Source: Vulcanimicrobiota bacterium (GTDB lineage: Bacteria > Vulcanimicrobiota > Vulcanimicrobiia > Vulcanimicrobiales > Vulcanimicrobiaceae). Taken from it: a stretch of 64,000 bases of DNA. Shown here one piece after another: positions 39,832 to 48,921 of the stretch (within the stretch, counting starts at the first letter, position 1; every line of letters begins with the position of its first letter). The translations under genes and the position numbers were made by a program. Below the pieces are notes generated by a model. The model was not told the origin of the DNA, made no database searches, and was given only the letters and a program-made list of their open reading frames with translations. The stretch is from the NCBI GenBank assembly GCA_963733295.1, contig CAVTCS010000003.1, forward strand, positions 2,656,001 through 2,720,000, read 5' to 3'.

Positions 39832-41190
39832 ATGACCCAACCCGCAGCAACCGCCCTCCCGAACCGCTGGCTCATCGCAACCGCAGGTACGGTCGTCATG
39901 ATTTGCCTCGGCACCGTGTACTCGTGGAGCATCTTTACGCGACCCTTGATCGCGACTCGCCATTGGACGAATACCGAGACGACCTGGATCTTCGCGCTCG
40001 CGATTTTCTTCCTCGGCGTGGGAGCCGTCATCGGCGGACGCTGGCAGGACAAGGTTGGTCCGCGCATCGTCACGACCGCGGGGGTCCTGCTCTGGGGCGC
40101 CGGCAATTTGCTGGCGGGCCTTGGAATCAATTCCTTCGACGCTTGGTGGATGTACGTATTCTACGGCGTCATCGGCGGCCTTGGACTTGGGATGGGATAC
40201 ATCACGCCGGTCGCAACGGTGACGAAGTGGTTCCCCGACAAGCGCGGCCTCGCGAGCGGTATGGTCGTGATGGGCTTTGGCCTCGGCGCTTTCGTCTTCA
40301 ACCAAATCGTCACGCGAATTGCCGGCTTCGCGACCGCGGCGAAGCACGCCACGGCGTACATCGCGGCGAAAGACGCCGCGACGAAATCCGGGATCACCTT
40401 CGACCCCAGTTCGATTCCCGCCGCGCTCCAATTGTCGCCCGACGATTCGGGCGCGATCGCCAGCGTCTTCATCGCGGCCGGAATCATTTTCGCGATCGTC
40501 GGCGGTCTCTGCGCGCTGACGCTACGAAACCCGCCGCCGGGCTTCAGCGTTGCCGGCGCCGTGGCTACGGCAGCCAGCGGTGGCCGGAGCTATACCCCGG
40601 GCGAAGCGCTGCGCACGCCCCAGTTCTATCTGCTCTGGTTGATGCTGTTCCTCAACGTCACGGCCGGCATTCTGATCATCAGCAACGCCGTGCCGATCTA
40701 CAGCGACTTGACGAGTGCGACCGCCGCGCAAGCGGGCGCGATCTACGGCTTCCTGGCGGTTTTCAATGGTCTCGGCCGCTTCTTCTGGGGAGCGGTTTCG
40801 GACCGGATCGGCCGCAACATGGCCTTCGTGCTGATCTTCGGCATTCAGGCGGTCGTGTTCTTCGTCATGGGCGGATTACACGACTTCGTGGCGCTCGGTA
40901 TCGCCTTCGGGATCGTGCTGCTCTGCTACGGCGGCGGCTTCGGTACGATGCCCTCGTTCAACGCCGATTACTTCGGAACGAAGTTCTTGGGCGTCAACTA
41001 CGGGATGATCATCACCGCGTGGGGTTTCGCCGGCATCGTCGGGCCGCTCATCGCCGCCTTCGTGAAGGATCGTACCGGCTCGTTCACCGGTGCCCTCGTG
41101 CCGGTCGCGATCATGCTGCTCGTCGCCGCGATCCTGCCCTTCTTGACGAAGAAACCGGCCGAATCGGCTGCGCTGGTGGGAGCCACCTAA
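39832..41190 (+). CDS. OFA-family MFS transporter (oxalate/formate antiporter-like)
   Basis: LGTVYSWSIF, KWFPDKRGLASG, NGLGRFFWGAVSDRIGR, YGGGFGTMP. Confidence 0.9.
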   Translation: MTQPAATALPNRWLIATAGTVVMICLGTVYSWSIFTRPLIATRHWTNTETTWIFALAIFFLGVGAVIGGRWQDKVGPRIVTTAGVLLWGAGNLLAGLGINSFDAWWMYVFYGVIGGLGLGMGYITPVATVTKWFPDKRGLASGMVVMGFGLGAFVFNQIVTRIAGFATAAKHATAYIAAKDAATKSGITFDPSSIPAALQLSPDDSGAIASVFIAAGIIFAIVGGLCALTLRNPPPGFSVAGAVATAASGGRSYTPGEALRTPQFYLLWLMLFLNVTAGILIISNAVPIYSDLTSATAAQAGAIYGFLAVFNGLGRFFWGAVSDRIGRNMAFVLIFGIQAVVFFVMGGLHDFVALGIAFGIVLLCYGGGFGTMPSFNADYFGTKFLGVNYGMIITAWGFAGIVGPLIAAFVKDRTGSFTGALVPVAIMLLVAAILPFLTKKPAESAALVGAT

Positions 41191-41212
41191 AGCCCGGGCG
41201 TAGCAGCGCCGT

Positions 41213-42679
41213 GTGAGGAAACTTTGGATCGCCACGCTCGCCTACGTGGCGATCCTCGGCGCGCTCGCGCTCTGGCGCTGGCACGTCTGGAGCTACGGAA
41301 CCGATACCGGAACCTTCGCGCAAGTCATCGCCGACGCGTTCGGCGGCTTTCGCGACGGACCCGAGCAAGGCACGCACTTCCGCTTTCACTGGGCGCCGCT
41401 TCTCGCGGTCCTGTACCCGCTCGTCGCGCTGACGCGCTCGCCGCTTTCGATCCAATTGGCGCAAGTCGGGTTGATCGCGGCGAGCGCGTTTCCGCTCTAC
41501 GGCATCGCACGCGTCTACGTCGCGCAAACGGCCGCCTTTCGCATCGCCCTGCTCGCGCTCATCTATCCCCCGCTCGCCGCCGTCGCGTTCACCGAGTTTC
41601 ACGAGATCGCGTTTTATCCGGCGATCGCGCTCGGACTCTTCTGGGCCGCGGAACGGCGGCGCTGGACGATATTCGCCGCGCTCGCCTTTCTCTCGGCATT
41701 GATCCGGGAGGAGGCGTGTCTCGTTTTCATCGTCGTGGGACTCGTGCTCGCTGCGATCGGCTGGGTCAAGCGCAGTGCGAATGCCGGCGCGGGGTTGTTG
41801 CTGGGCGCACCGCAGTCGCCTGTCGCGCTGGTGCGGGCCGGCCTCGCTCTGTGCGCCGTCAACGCGGCCGCGCTTGCGATCTACTTCGGCGTCGTCATCC
41901 CGCACGTCGGCGCGTGGCAACCCTCGCGCTTCTACGATTACCCCTTCGCGCAAGGTCCGGCCGCGCTCGTCGGCGCGCTCGTGCTGCACCCATGGTATCT
42001 CGCGCAGATCGCGACCTTCGGGCGCTTCACCTATCTGCTCGAAGCGTTCGTCCCGCTGGCGTTTCTGCCGTTCGGCTCGCGCTGGAGTCTGCTGGCGCTT
42101 CCGGGTCTGGGCATCGTGCTGCTCTCCAGCGATGCGATCACCTGGCGCATGGGTTCGCACTACGCCGCGATTTGGATTCCCTGGCTGCTGCTCGGGAGCG
42201 CGGCGACGCTCGTGCGTCTCGAACGCAACGGTTCGCCCGCGCGCGCCGCGCGGGCGTCGTACGCTGCGGCCGGCCTCTGCGCGCTGTTCTTCGTCGCCTT
42301 CAATCCGATGCACGTGGTCCATTATTTGCGCGCGAGCTATCCGACCGCCGACGCCGCCCGCGCGCTCGCCGCGCTACCCGCCGATGCCGGGCCCGTCGTC
42401 ACGCACGACGAGTGGTTCGTCCGGATCGCGCTGGCTTACCCCGAAGCGACCGTCTTTCTCTGTCCCTACGTACGTTACGCCGTCTATGCCGACGATTTTC
42501 AAAACGGCTATTTTCAGAACGACATCAAGGTGCAGCTCGAGCGCCGCATCGCGCGCGGCGACGCGCGCATTCACGAGCGCTTCGGAGCGGTCGCGATCTA
42601 CGAACTGCGTCCCGCGCGGGGCGCGCGCATCGGCGACTGCATCACCCCCGGCGACTTGCGCTACAAGCCGCCTTCGTAA
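41213..42679 (+). CDS. DUF2079-like GT-C membrane protein
   Basis: DTGTFAQ, HFRFHWAP, EFHEIAF, REE, HYAA; many TMs. Confidence 0.75.
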   Translation: MRKLWIATLAYVAILGALALWRWHVWSYGTDTGTFAQVIADAFGGFRDGPEQGTHFRFHWAPLLAVLYPLVALTRSPLSIQLAQVGLIAASAFPLYGIARVYVAQTAAFRIALLALIYPPLAAVAFTEFHEIAFYPAIALGLFWAAERRRWTIFAALAFLSALIREEACLVFIVVGLVLAAIGWVKRSANAGAGLLLGAPQSPVALVRAGLALCAVNAAALAIYFGVVIPHVGAWQPSRFYDYPFAQGPAALVGALVLHPWYLAQIATFGRFTYLLEAFVPLAFLPFGSRWSLLALPGLGIVLLSSDAITWRMGSHYAAIWIPWLLLGSAATLVRLERNGSPARAARASYAAAGLCALFFVAFNPMHVVHYLRASYPTADAARALAALPADAGPVVTHDEWFVRIALAYPEATVFLCPYVRYAVYADDFQNGYFQNDIKVQLERRIARGDARIHERFGAVAIYELRPARGARIGDCITPGDLRYKPPS

Positions 42680-42689
42680 CGCGTCCGGC

Positions 42690-43607
42690 TTAGGACGGCG
42701 CGTCGCCGTCGTGCTGTGCGTATTGCTTGGCGTCGAAGTACCACGCCGGCAGCGACTGCGGGAACTTGATATCGCGGAAGTGGAAGTCGACGTTCTTTCC
42801 GTCGCCGTCGTAGTTGTCGCCCACCTCACCCTTAATGTCGGTTACGACCGGAACGCCGTCGACCGACCCCATCAGAATCGTAAACTTGACCCCGTAGGTC
42901 GGACCCCGGTCGATAAAGAGCTTGTCGGTCGCGATGAGCTTGCGCAGCTCGAGGGTGGTCTTATCGGCGCAGATGTCGCGTAAGCGGTTGCGGTCGGGAT
43001 CGCGCCGCGGCGTCAAGTGCAGGTGGATCTGATCGCCTTCGATGTCTTCGGCATCGACGATGTAGTCGAATTCACCGACCGCCGTCACGGCTGCGATTTC
43101 GGGCGGCGCCGTACCGGACGGTTCGGGAGTCGGCACGAACTCGACCGGATGCGGATGCAGCGGCGCCGGTTCGAAGACGTCGGCGGTCGGCGGACCCGGA
43201 TCGCGCGCCTCGTTGAACGCCGGACGTTGGAATTCGAGCGGCCCGCGCGCGAAGTCGCGAAAGACCCTGCGCCCGAGCGCGGCGCGATCGAAGTTGCGCT
43301 CCCAGATATGATACGTGTAGCTGCCCACGAAATCGGTGTCGCCGTGATCGGTCAGTTGAAAGCGGACTAGCGTGTAGGTCTCATACGGCGGCGGCGGCCG
43401 GTGCGAGCGGAATTTCGCGCGGATCAAGCCGAGCATGCGCTGCGGCGAGGGTGAAGCGGGTCCGGGGCCGGCCGGCACGCCCGCCACGCACGCATTCGGC
43501 GGCGCCGGCGACGGCGTCTCTACCGGTGGCGGCGCGGCCGCCGGCGGAGCCGCTGCAAGCAGCGGCGTCAGAGCGACCGTGAGCGCGAACAAGAGCCGGA
43601 GAGGCAC
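42690..43607 (-). CDS. Secreted hypothetical protein with Pro-rich N-terminal linker
   Basis: Signal peptide, Pro-rich segment, beta-rich mature domain; fills the gap between neighbours. Confidence 0.7.
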   Translation of the reverse strand: MPLRLLFALTVALTPLLAAAPPAAAPPPVETPSPAPPNACVAGVPAGPGPASPSPQRMLGLIRAKFRSHRPPPPYETYTLVRFQLTDHGDTDFVGSYTYHIWERNFDRAALGRRVFRDFARGPLEFQRPAFNEARDPGPPTADVFEPAPLHPHPVEFVPTPEPSGTAPPEIAAVTAVGEFDYIVDAEDIEGDQIHLHLTPRRDPDRNRLRDICADKTTLELRKLIATDKLFIDRGPTYGVKFTILMGSVDGVPVVTDIKGEVGDNYDGDGKNVDFHFRDIKFPQSLPAWYFDAKQYAQHDGDAPS

Positions 43608-43686
43608 CCCTAGATAATACGGCGCGACCTCCCGTCGGCCCGTCTACTTTGCCCCATTGTTTAGGCGGCGGGTCTCTCGTCCGAAT

Positions 43687-45432
43687 TCAGCGCGCCGTTG
43701 CGGCGCGAGCGCGTTGCGCGGCGACGAAGGCGAGAACCGCGTCGAGCGGTCGAGCGTTGAGCACGCGCTCCGGTTCGATCCAAGCCCGGCGCGCCTGTCC
43801 CACCGCGTAGCTCACGTTCTCGAGGTGAGCGACATCGTGCGCGTCGCTGTCGAGCGCGAACGTGCAGCCGAACGAGGCCGCGCGACGCGCTAAGCCGCTG
43901 GGAAGGTCGAGCCGGTTCGGTTGCCCGTCGATCTCAAGGGCCGTTCCGGTTCGCGCCGCCGCCGCGAATACGGCATCGTAGTCGAACTCGTAACCTGGAA
44001 AGGCACCGACCTGACGGCCGGTGGGATGTCCGATGATATCGACGTAGGGGCTTTCGCAGGCGCGCAGCAGCCGCTGCGTCATTTGCTCGCGAGACAGGTT
44101 CAGCGCCGTATGAACGCTGGCGATGACGATGTCGAGCTCGGCCAGCACGGGACCCGGATAGTCGAGCGAACCGTCAGCCAGCAGGTCGACTTCCGCGGAG
44201 CACAACGTGCGCACGCCGTGTTGCTCGCCGATCTCGCGCACGCGCGCGCGCTGCGCGCGCAGTTCGGCGGGATCGAGTCCCCAGTCGCCGCGTCCTGCCG
44301 AGTGATCGGAAATCGAGTGATACGCATATCCCAGTTGCGCGCAGGCTGCGATCATCGTCTCGAGCGAGTTGGCGCCGTCGCTCCAGGTGCAGTGCATGTG
44401 GAAGTCGCCGCGCAGCTCGGAGCGCGTAACCGGTTGCGGCAGCGAACCGTCGGCGGCAGCCTCGATCTCGCCGAGACCGAGCCGCATCTCGGGGGGAACG
44501 TACGCCAAGCCCAGGCGAGCGTACACTTCCGCTTCGGTGCGACAGGTCGTGTTGTCGCCGCTTGCCACGTCGAGGATGCCGTTCTCGCTGACGCGCAACC
44601 CTTTGCGCACGGCCAGCTCGCGCAGCTGGATGTTGTGTTCGCGGCTGCCGGTGAAGTGTTGCAGCAGATTGCCGTAGACGTCTTCGGGCAGAACGCGCAG
44701 ATCGATTTGCAGTCCGCCCGCAAGCCAGATCGAAGCTTTGGTGGGGCCCTCGGCGAGCACCGCTTCGGCGCGCTCCCATGCGGTGAAGCTCGCGATGACC
44801 TTGGCGGCGTCGTGCGCGGTGCACACGATGTCGATGTCGCCGACCGTCGGCTCGCCGCGCCGCACGCTGCCGGCGAAGGTCAAGTTTCCCGCAGGCGAGG
44901 TTTCCTCCAGATACGCCGCGATCTCGCGAGCCAGCGGCAGCGCTCGCCCCAGCGGGGTGCGCGTTTGCCGCCCTTTGTACGCGAGGATTCCGCGCTTGAC
45001 GTTCTCGAGCGATTTCTTCCCGAGGCGCCCGACGCCGGCGAGCTCGTCGCCGAGCACGGCGCGCTCGAGATCGGCCAGCGACGCAATGCCGCGCTCGGCG
45101 AACAGCGCCTGCGCCGTCTTCATCCCGATGCCGGGCACCGCGAGCACCTCGAAGAGCGACGGCGGGAACTGGGCCGCCAGCTCTTCGTAGTAGATGCTGG
45201 TCCCGGTCGCGACGATCTCGGCGATGCGGCCGGCGATCGTCTTGCCCACGCCGGGCAGCTTCTGCAACTCGTCGGTGGCGATCAGCTCGGGCACGGGGCC
45301 GGCGTTTTCGATCGTCTCAGCGGCGCGCTCGTAGGCCATGAACTTGAAATAAGGTTCGCCCGCGAACTCCATCAGCAGGCGGATGTCCTTGAGTTTCCTG
45401 GCGATCTCGGCGTTGCTCGGCGCGCGGGTCAC
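43687..45432 (-). CDS. polX: DNA polymerase X / PHP 3'-5' exonuclease
   Basis: HhH LPGVGK, GSVRR..GDID, IDLR, FTGS; PHP motifs DFHMH, SDH, HPTGR, DSDAH. Confidence 0.95.
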   Translation of the reverse strand: MTRAPSNAEIARKLKDIRLLMEFAGEPYFKFMAYERAAETIENAGPVPELIATDELQKLPGVGKTIAGRIAEIVATGTSIYYEELAAQFPPSLFEVLAVPGIGMKTAQALFAERGIASLADLERAVLGDELAGVGRLGKKSLENVKRGILAYKGRQTRTPLGRALPLAREIAAYLEETSPAGNLTFAGSVRRGEPTVGDIDIVCTAHDAAKVIASFTAWERAEAVLAEGPTKASIWLAGGLQIDLRVLPEDVYGNLLQHFTGSREHNIQLRELAVRKGLRVSENGILDVASGDNTTCRTEAEVYARLGLAYVPPEMRLGLGEIEAAADGSLPQPVTRSELRGDFHMHCTWSDGANSLETMIAACAQLGYAYHSISDHSAGRGDWGLDPAELRAQRARVREIGEQHGVRTLCSAEVDLLADGSLDYPGPVLAELDIVIASVHTALNLSREQMTQRLLRACESPYVDIIGHPTGRQVGAFPGYEFDYDAVFAAAARTGTALEIDGQPNRLDLPSGLARRAASFGCTFALDSDAHDVAHLENVSYAVGQARRAWIEPERVLNARPLDAVLAFVAAQRARAATAR

Positions 45433-45470
45433 GAGAGGACCACTGTTCGCCGAATCCGTACGAACGTCCC

Positions 45471-46577
45471 ATGTTGCGCGTCGAGCGGCTCGATCCCGGG
45501 ATCTTCAACCTCCCGGTCGAGAAGATGCGCTCGGGTTACTATTCGGATACGTACTTCAACCGGGCGCGAGAGATCCTCGAGCGCGACCGCTGCCATCCGC
45601 ACGTTCGGATGCAAGTCTTTCAGCGCAATCATTCGGTGTTGTGCGGCATCGACGAAGCGCTCGCGATCCTCAAGTTGTGCTCGGGTCGCAAGCGCCCGGG
45701 CGGAGACTGGGAGGACGGTTGGTCTTCGCTCGCCGTGCGTGCGCTGTACGACGGCGACGCGATCGGGCCGTTCGAGACCGTGCTGACGATCGAGGGCGAC
45801 TACGCGCTCTTCGCGCACCTCGAGACATGCTATCTGGGCGTGCTCTCGCGCCGCACGCGCATCGCGACGAACGCGCGGGAGATCGTAGACGCCGCAAACG
45901 GCAAGGAGGTTCTGTTCTTTCCGGCGCGTTTCGACCATCATCAGATGCAGACCGGGGACGGGTACGCGGCTTACATTTCGGGCGCTCTCGGCGTTTCGAC
46001 CGACGCCAACGCGGAGTGGTGGGGTTCGCGTGGAATGGGCACCGTTCCGCACGCGCTGATCGCGGCCTACGGCGGCGACACCGTGCTGGCCACGAAAAAA
46101 TTTGCCCAATACATTCCGAGCGACGTGAACGTGATCGCGCTGGTCGACTTCGAGAACGACTGCGTCGCCACGAGCCTGGCCGTCGCGCGCGCGCTGGGAA
46201 GGCGCCTGTGGGGCGTGCGGCTCGATACGTCGAACACGCTCGTCGACAAATCGCTCTGGTCGCAGATGGGGACGTTTCCTCCGACCGGCGTGGTTCCCGA
46301 GCTCGTGCGCAACGTACGCGGCGCGCTCGACGCGGCGGGTTTCGCCGAAGTGAAGATCGTCGTCAGCGGCGGTTTCGGCGCGCAGAAGATCCGGCTATTC
46401 GAAGAAGCCGACGTACCGGTCGACGCATACGCCGTCGGCAGCGCATTTTTCGAAGGCACCGGTCAGTTCGATTTTACCGCCGACATCGTCGCACTCGAAC
46501 GCGACGGCGCTTGGACCGAATGCCACAAAGCCGGCCGGCCCGAACGTCCCAGCACGCGTCTCTCGCCGGTCACGTGA
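45471..46577 (+). CDS. Nicotinate phosphoribosyltransferase-like (type II PRTase)
   Basis: YSDTYF, FFPARFDH, GTVPHA, ALVDFEND, VRLDTS, IVVSGGF. Confidence 0.85.
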   Translation: MLRVERLDPGIFNLPVEKMRSGYYSDTYFNRAREILERDRCHPHVRMQVFQRNHSVLCGIDEALAILKLCSGRKRPGGDWEDGWSSLAVRALYDGDAIGPFETVLTIEGDYALFAHLETCYLGVLSRRTRIATNAREIVDAANGKEVLFFPARFDHHQMQTGDGYAAYISGALGVSTDANAEWWGSRGMGTVPHALIAAYGGDTVLATKKFAQYIPSDVNVIALVDFENDCVATSLAVARALGRRLWGVRLDTSNTLVDKSLWSQMGTFPPTGVVPELVRNVRGALDAAGFAEVKIVVSGGFGAQKIRLFEEADVPVDAYAVGSAFFEGTGQFDFTADIVALERDGAWTECHKAGRPERPSTRLSPVT

Positions 46578-47131
46578 CCGTCCTACGCATCGTTCGCGCC
46601 AGCTTCGTTCGCGCCGGTGAGGAGCTGGTGGCGCCGTTCGATCTCGAGTTGCGATGCGGGGAACGGACGGCGCTGTTCTCGCCGGACGCCCGCGCCGCGG
46701 CGCTGACGGCGCGCATCGCCGCCGCGGTCGTCAAGCCGACGAACGGGGCCGCGTACATCGGCGATTTCGACGCGCGCCTGCAGCCGGCCCAAGCCAAGCG
46801 CTGCGTCGCGTTCGTCGCCGCGAGCGAGCCCGCGCCGGAGAATTTCGGGCGAGCGCTCGCCTTTTACGCGGCCGCCTTCGACGTCGACCAGGCCGAAGCG
46901 CTGCGGCGCGCGAGCGAGGTGACGTCGGCGCTCGGCTCGGGCGCCTACGCGCGCAACGCCGCGCTCGCGCTGTGCCACGATTCGTCCCTGATCGTTCTGG
47001 ACCGCCCGGCGCCCGACGTCGCCGAAACCCTCGCGCGCTTGCGACCGCATGCCGCGATCCTCTGTTCGCTCGTCGCCTCCGGCGCTCGCGAAGCGCGCCC
47101 GGGGCGGCGCGAACTCGAGGCACGCCGCTGA
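46574..47131 (+). CDS. Degenerate ABC ATPase-like protein
   Basis: GTGA overlap; ABC-like scaffold (L.L..GE, KPT.G...I, LIVLDRP) without a Walker A. Confidence 0.55.
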   Translation: MTVLRIVRASFVRAGEELVAPFDLELRCGERTALFSPDARAAALTARIAAAVVKPTNGAAYIGDFDARLQPAQAKRCVAFVAASEPAPENFGRALAFYAAAFDVDQAEALRRASEVTSALGSGAYARNAALALCHDSSLIVLDRPAPDVAETLARLRPHAAILCSLVASGAREARPGRRELEARR

Positions 47132-47742
47132 ACGCGCGCACGCTCGCCGCGCTCGCGCGCTGGCATCTCGGTTGCCTCGGGACGATCGACGCGATTGCGG
47201 CAACGGTACTCGGCTTGCTGCTCGGCGTCGTCTGCGCCTGGTCCGCGACCGGCGAACGGACCGCTGCCGCGGAAGTCGCGTTGGCGGGCAGCATCTTCGC
47301 GATCGCGTTCGCTTCCTCGCCGAGGGCGACGCGCGCGGCGCGCAGCCTCTTTCTTTTCTCGGCGCCGCTCTACGGCCGCGAACTCGCGCGAGGTCTCGCG
47401 CTCGCTCCTAGCCTGCTCGCGACGCTCTTCCCGCTGGCCGCCTTCGCGGGCTGGTCGCTGCAACGCGAGACGCACGCCGCGCTTTGGCTTCTGCCGCTGC
47501 TCGCCGCGGTACTCGCGGCTCTCGTTTCGCTTTCAGCTACGTTGCGCGACGCTTGGCGAGTCGTGCTGTATCGCGCGCTCGCCCTGGGCAGCGCAAGTTG
47601 TCTTGCCGCCTTTTCGCTGCTCCTTGGGGACGACGCGGCCTCACGCATCGGCCTCGCGTTCGCGGCGCTGACGCTCGGCTTCTTCGCGCTGCGCGCCTTC
47701 GGTGAGACGCTCGCCCGCTACGATCCCGTCGCCGGCGCGTAG
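47128..47742 (+). CDS. Hydrophobic membrane protein (putative permease partner); probable CTG start
   Basis: About 6 TM segments, FSAPLYGRELAR loop; CTGA overlap with upstream stop, GAGG upstream. Confidence 0.6.
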   Translation: MNARTLAALARWHLGCLGTIDAIAATVLGLLLGVVCAWSATGERTAAAEVALAGSIFAIAFASSPRATRAARSLFLFSAPLYGRELARGLALAPSLLATLFPLAAFAGWSLQRETHAALWLLPLLAAVLAALVSLSATLRDAWRVVLYRALALGSASCLAAFSLLLGDDAASRIGLAFAALTLGFFALRAFGETLARYDPVAGA

Positions 47743-47749
47743 AAACGCG

Positions 47750-48313
47750 CTACGCCGGTTGCCCGACTGCCGTTGCGAGCTTCTCGAGAATTGCCCGATC
47801 GAAGAGCACGACGTCCGCGGCACCGCGCGAGCTAACCCAGTGACCGTCCTGCACGACCGGTTGATCGCGATACAAACCGCCGGCATTGCGAATGTCGTCG
47901 GCGATCGAGGTCGAGCCGGTCAGCGTGCGCCCGCGCGCGACTTGCGCCGAGATCAAGACCTGCGCGCCGTGACCGATGACGAACGTGGGCTTCTTGGCGG
48001 CGTCGAACTCTTTGACGAAACGTTGCACTTCGCGGCTGGTGCGAATCCGATCGGGTGAGGTCCCGCCCGGAACGAGGAGCGCGTCGAAATCTTCGGCGGT
48101 GCAGTCGGCGACGATCTCCTCGGCTTTGACCGCGGTGCCTTCCTCGAGCCCGCGCTTGCCGCGAATGCGCTGCTTCGCTCGTTCGTCGACGCCGACGATC
48201 GTGACGATCGCCCCGGCTTCTTCGAGCGTCTTGCGCGGTTCCGCGAGTTCGGCTTCTTCGAAACCGTCGCCGACGAGCGCGGCAACTCGCTTTCCTTCGA
48301 TACCTGGTTGCAT
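47750..48313 (-). CDS. DJ-1/PfpI family protein lacking the catalytic Cys
   Basis: GFEEAEL..P, FDALLVPGG, IGHGAQ in place of ICHG, D..NAGG, VSSRG. Confidence 0.85.
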   Translation of the reverse strand: MQPGIEGKRVAALVGDGFEEAELAEPRKTLEEAGAIVTIVGVDERAKQRIRGKRGLEEGTAVKAEEIVADCTAEDFDALLVPGGTSPDRIRTSREVQRFVKEFDAAKKPTFVIGHGAQVLISAQVARGRTLTGSTSIADDIRNAGGLYRDQPVVQDGHWVSSRGAADVVLFDRAILEKLATAVGQPA

Positions 48314-48360
48314 TTGGCGATGGGTTCCCGAACGTCAGGCGACCTTCCCGTCGCGCTCGC

Positions 48361-48870
48361 TTACAGGGAGCCTCCGGTAACCTGGGCCGCGACGCGCAGC
48401 AGGTAGGCGAGTTCGAGCTCGAGTTTCCCGAGGCGATCGAGCAACTCGTCGGCGGCGAGGGCTTTCAGCGCCGGATTCCTCACCAGCATGTCCCGCTCGG
48501 GAACCGCGTGGCGAGGATTGATCTCGCGCATATAGATCCGGGCGTCGTGACGGACTTGGCCTTCAGGTAGAAAGTAGAGCGGGTCGAGTCCGGCCGCATA
48601 CGACTCGAGCGAAAGGATCTCGGTGCGCTGCAAAAATTCGATCGCCCGCAGTTTCAAGAGTCCCGCGAGGCCGGCCAGCTGGGCCGGCGTGAGGCGCCGC
48701 GAGCCCGCCGTCACGAGCGCCAACTCACCGGCCCCGAGACCCGCGGCGGCCTCAGCCGCCCCGGCCTCCAAATTGCGTTCGGCTAAGAGGCGGGCGAGCG
48801 CTGGGCCGAAGGCGGGCCCCCCGGCTGTCCCCCTCGTTGCGTCCCACGCTGCTACCGGATGGTCGTTCAT
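48361..48870 (-). CDS. Hypothetical protein with XRE-like HTH N-terminus
   Basis: FGPALARLLAERNL...AAGL...L...AG.RR.T..QL..LA..L helical pattern; divergent from fni. Confidence 0.55.
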   Translation of the reverse strand: MNDHPVAAWDATRGTAGGPAFGPALARLLAERNLEAGAAEAAAGLGAGELALVTAGSRRLTPAQLAGLAGLLKLRAIEFLQRTEILSLESYAAGLDPLYFLPEGQVRHDARIYMREINPRHAVPERDMLVRNPALKALAADELLDRLGKLELELAYLLRVAAQVTGGSL

Positions 48871-48921
48871 TTGAGGCCCGCGCATAGGAATTATCAGCTA
48901 CTTAAGCGGACAGGCTTCGCC

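Noticed and set aside
43687..46577. polX plus NAPRTase-like as a defence or NAD-repair system
   Set aside because: Both are common housekeeping genes; no ligase, toxin or mobile context is visible
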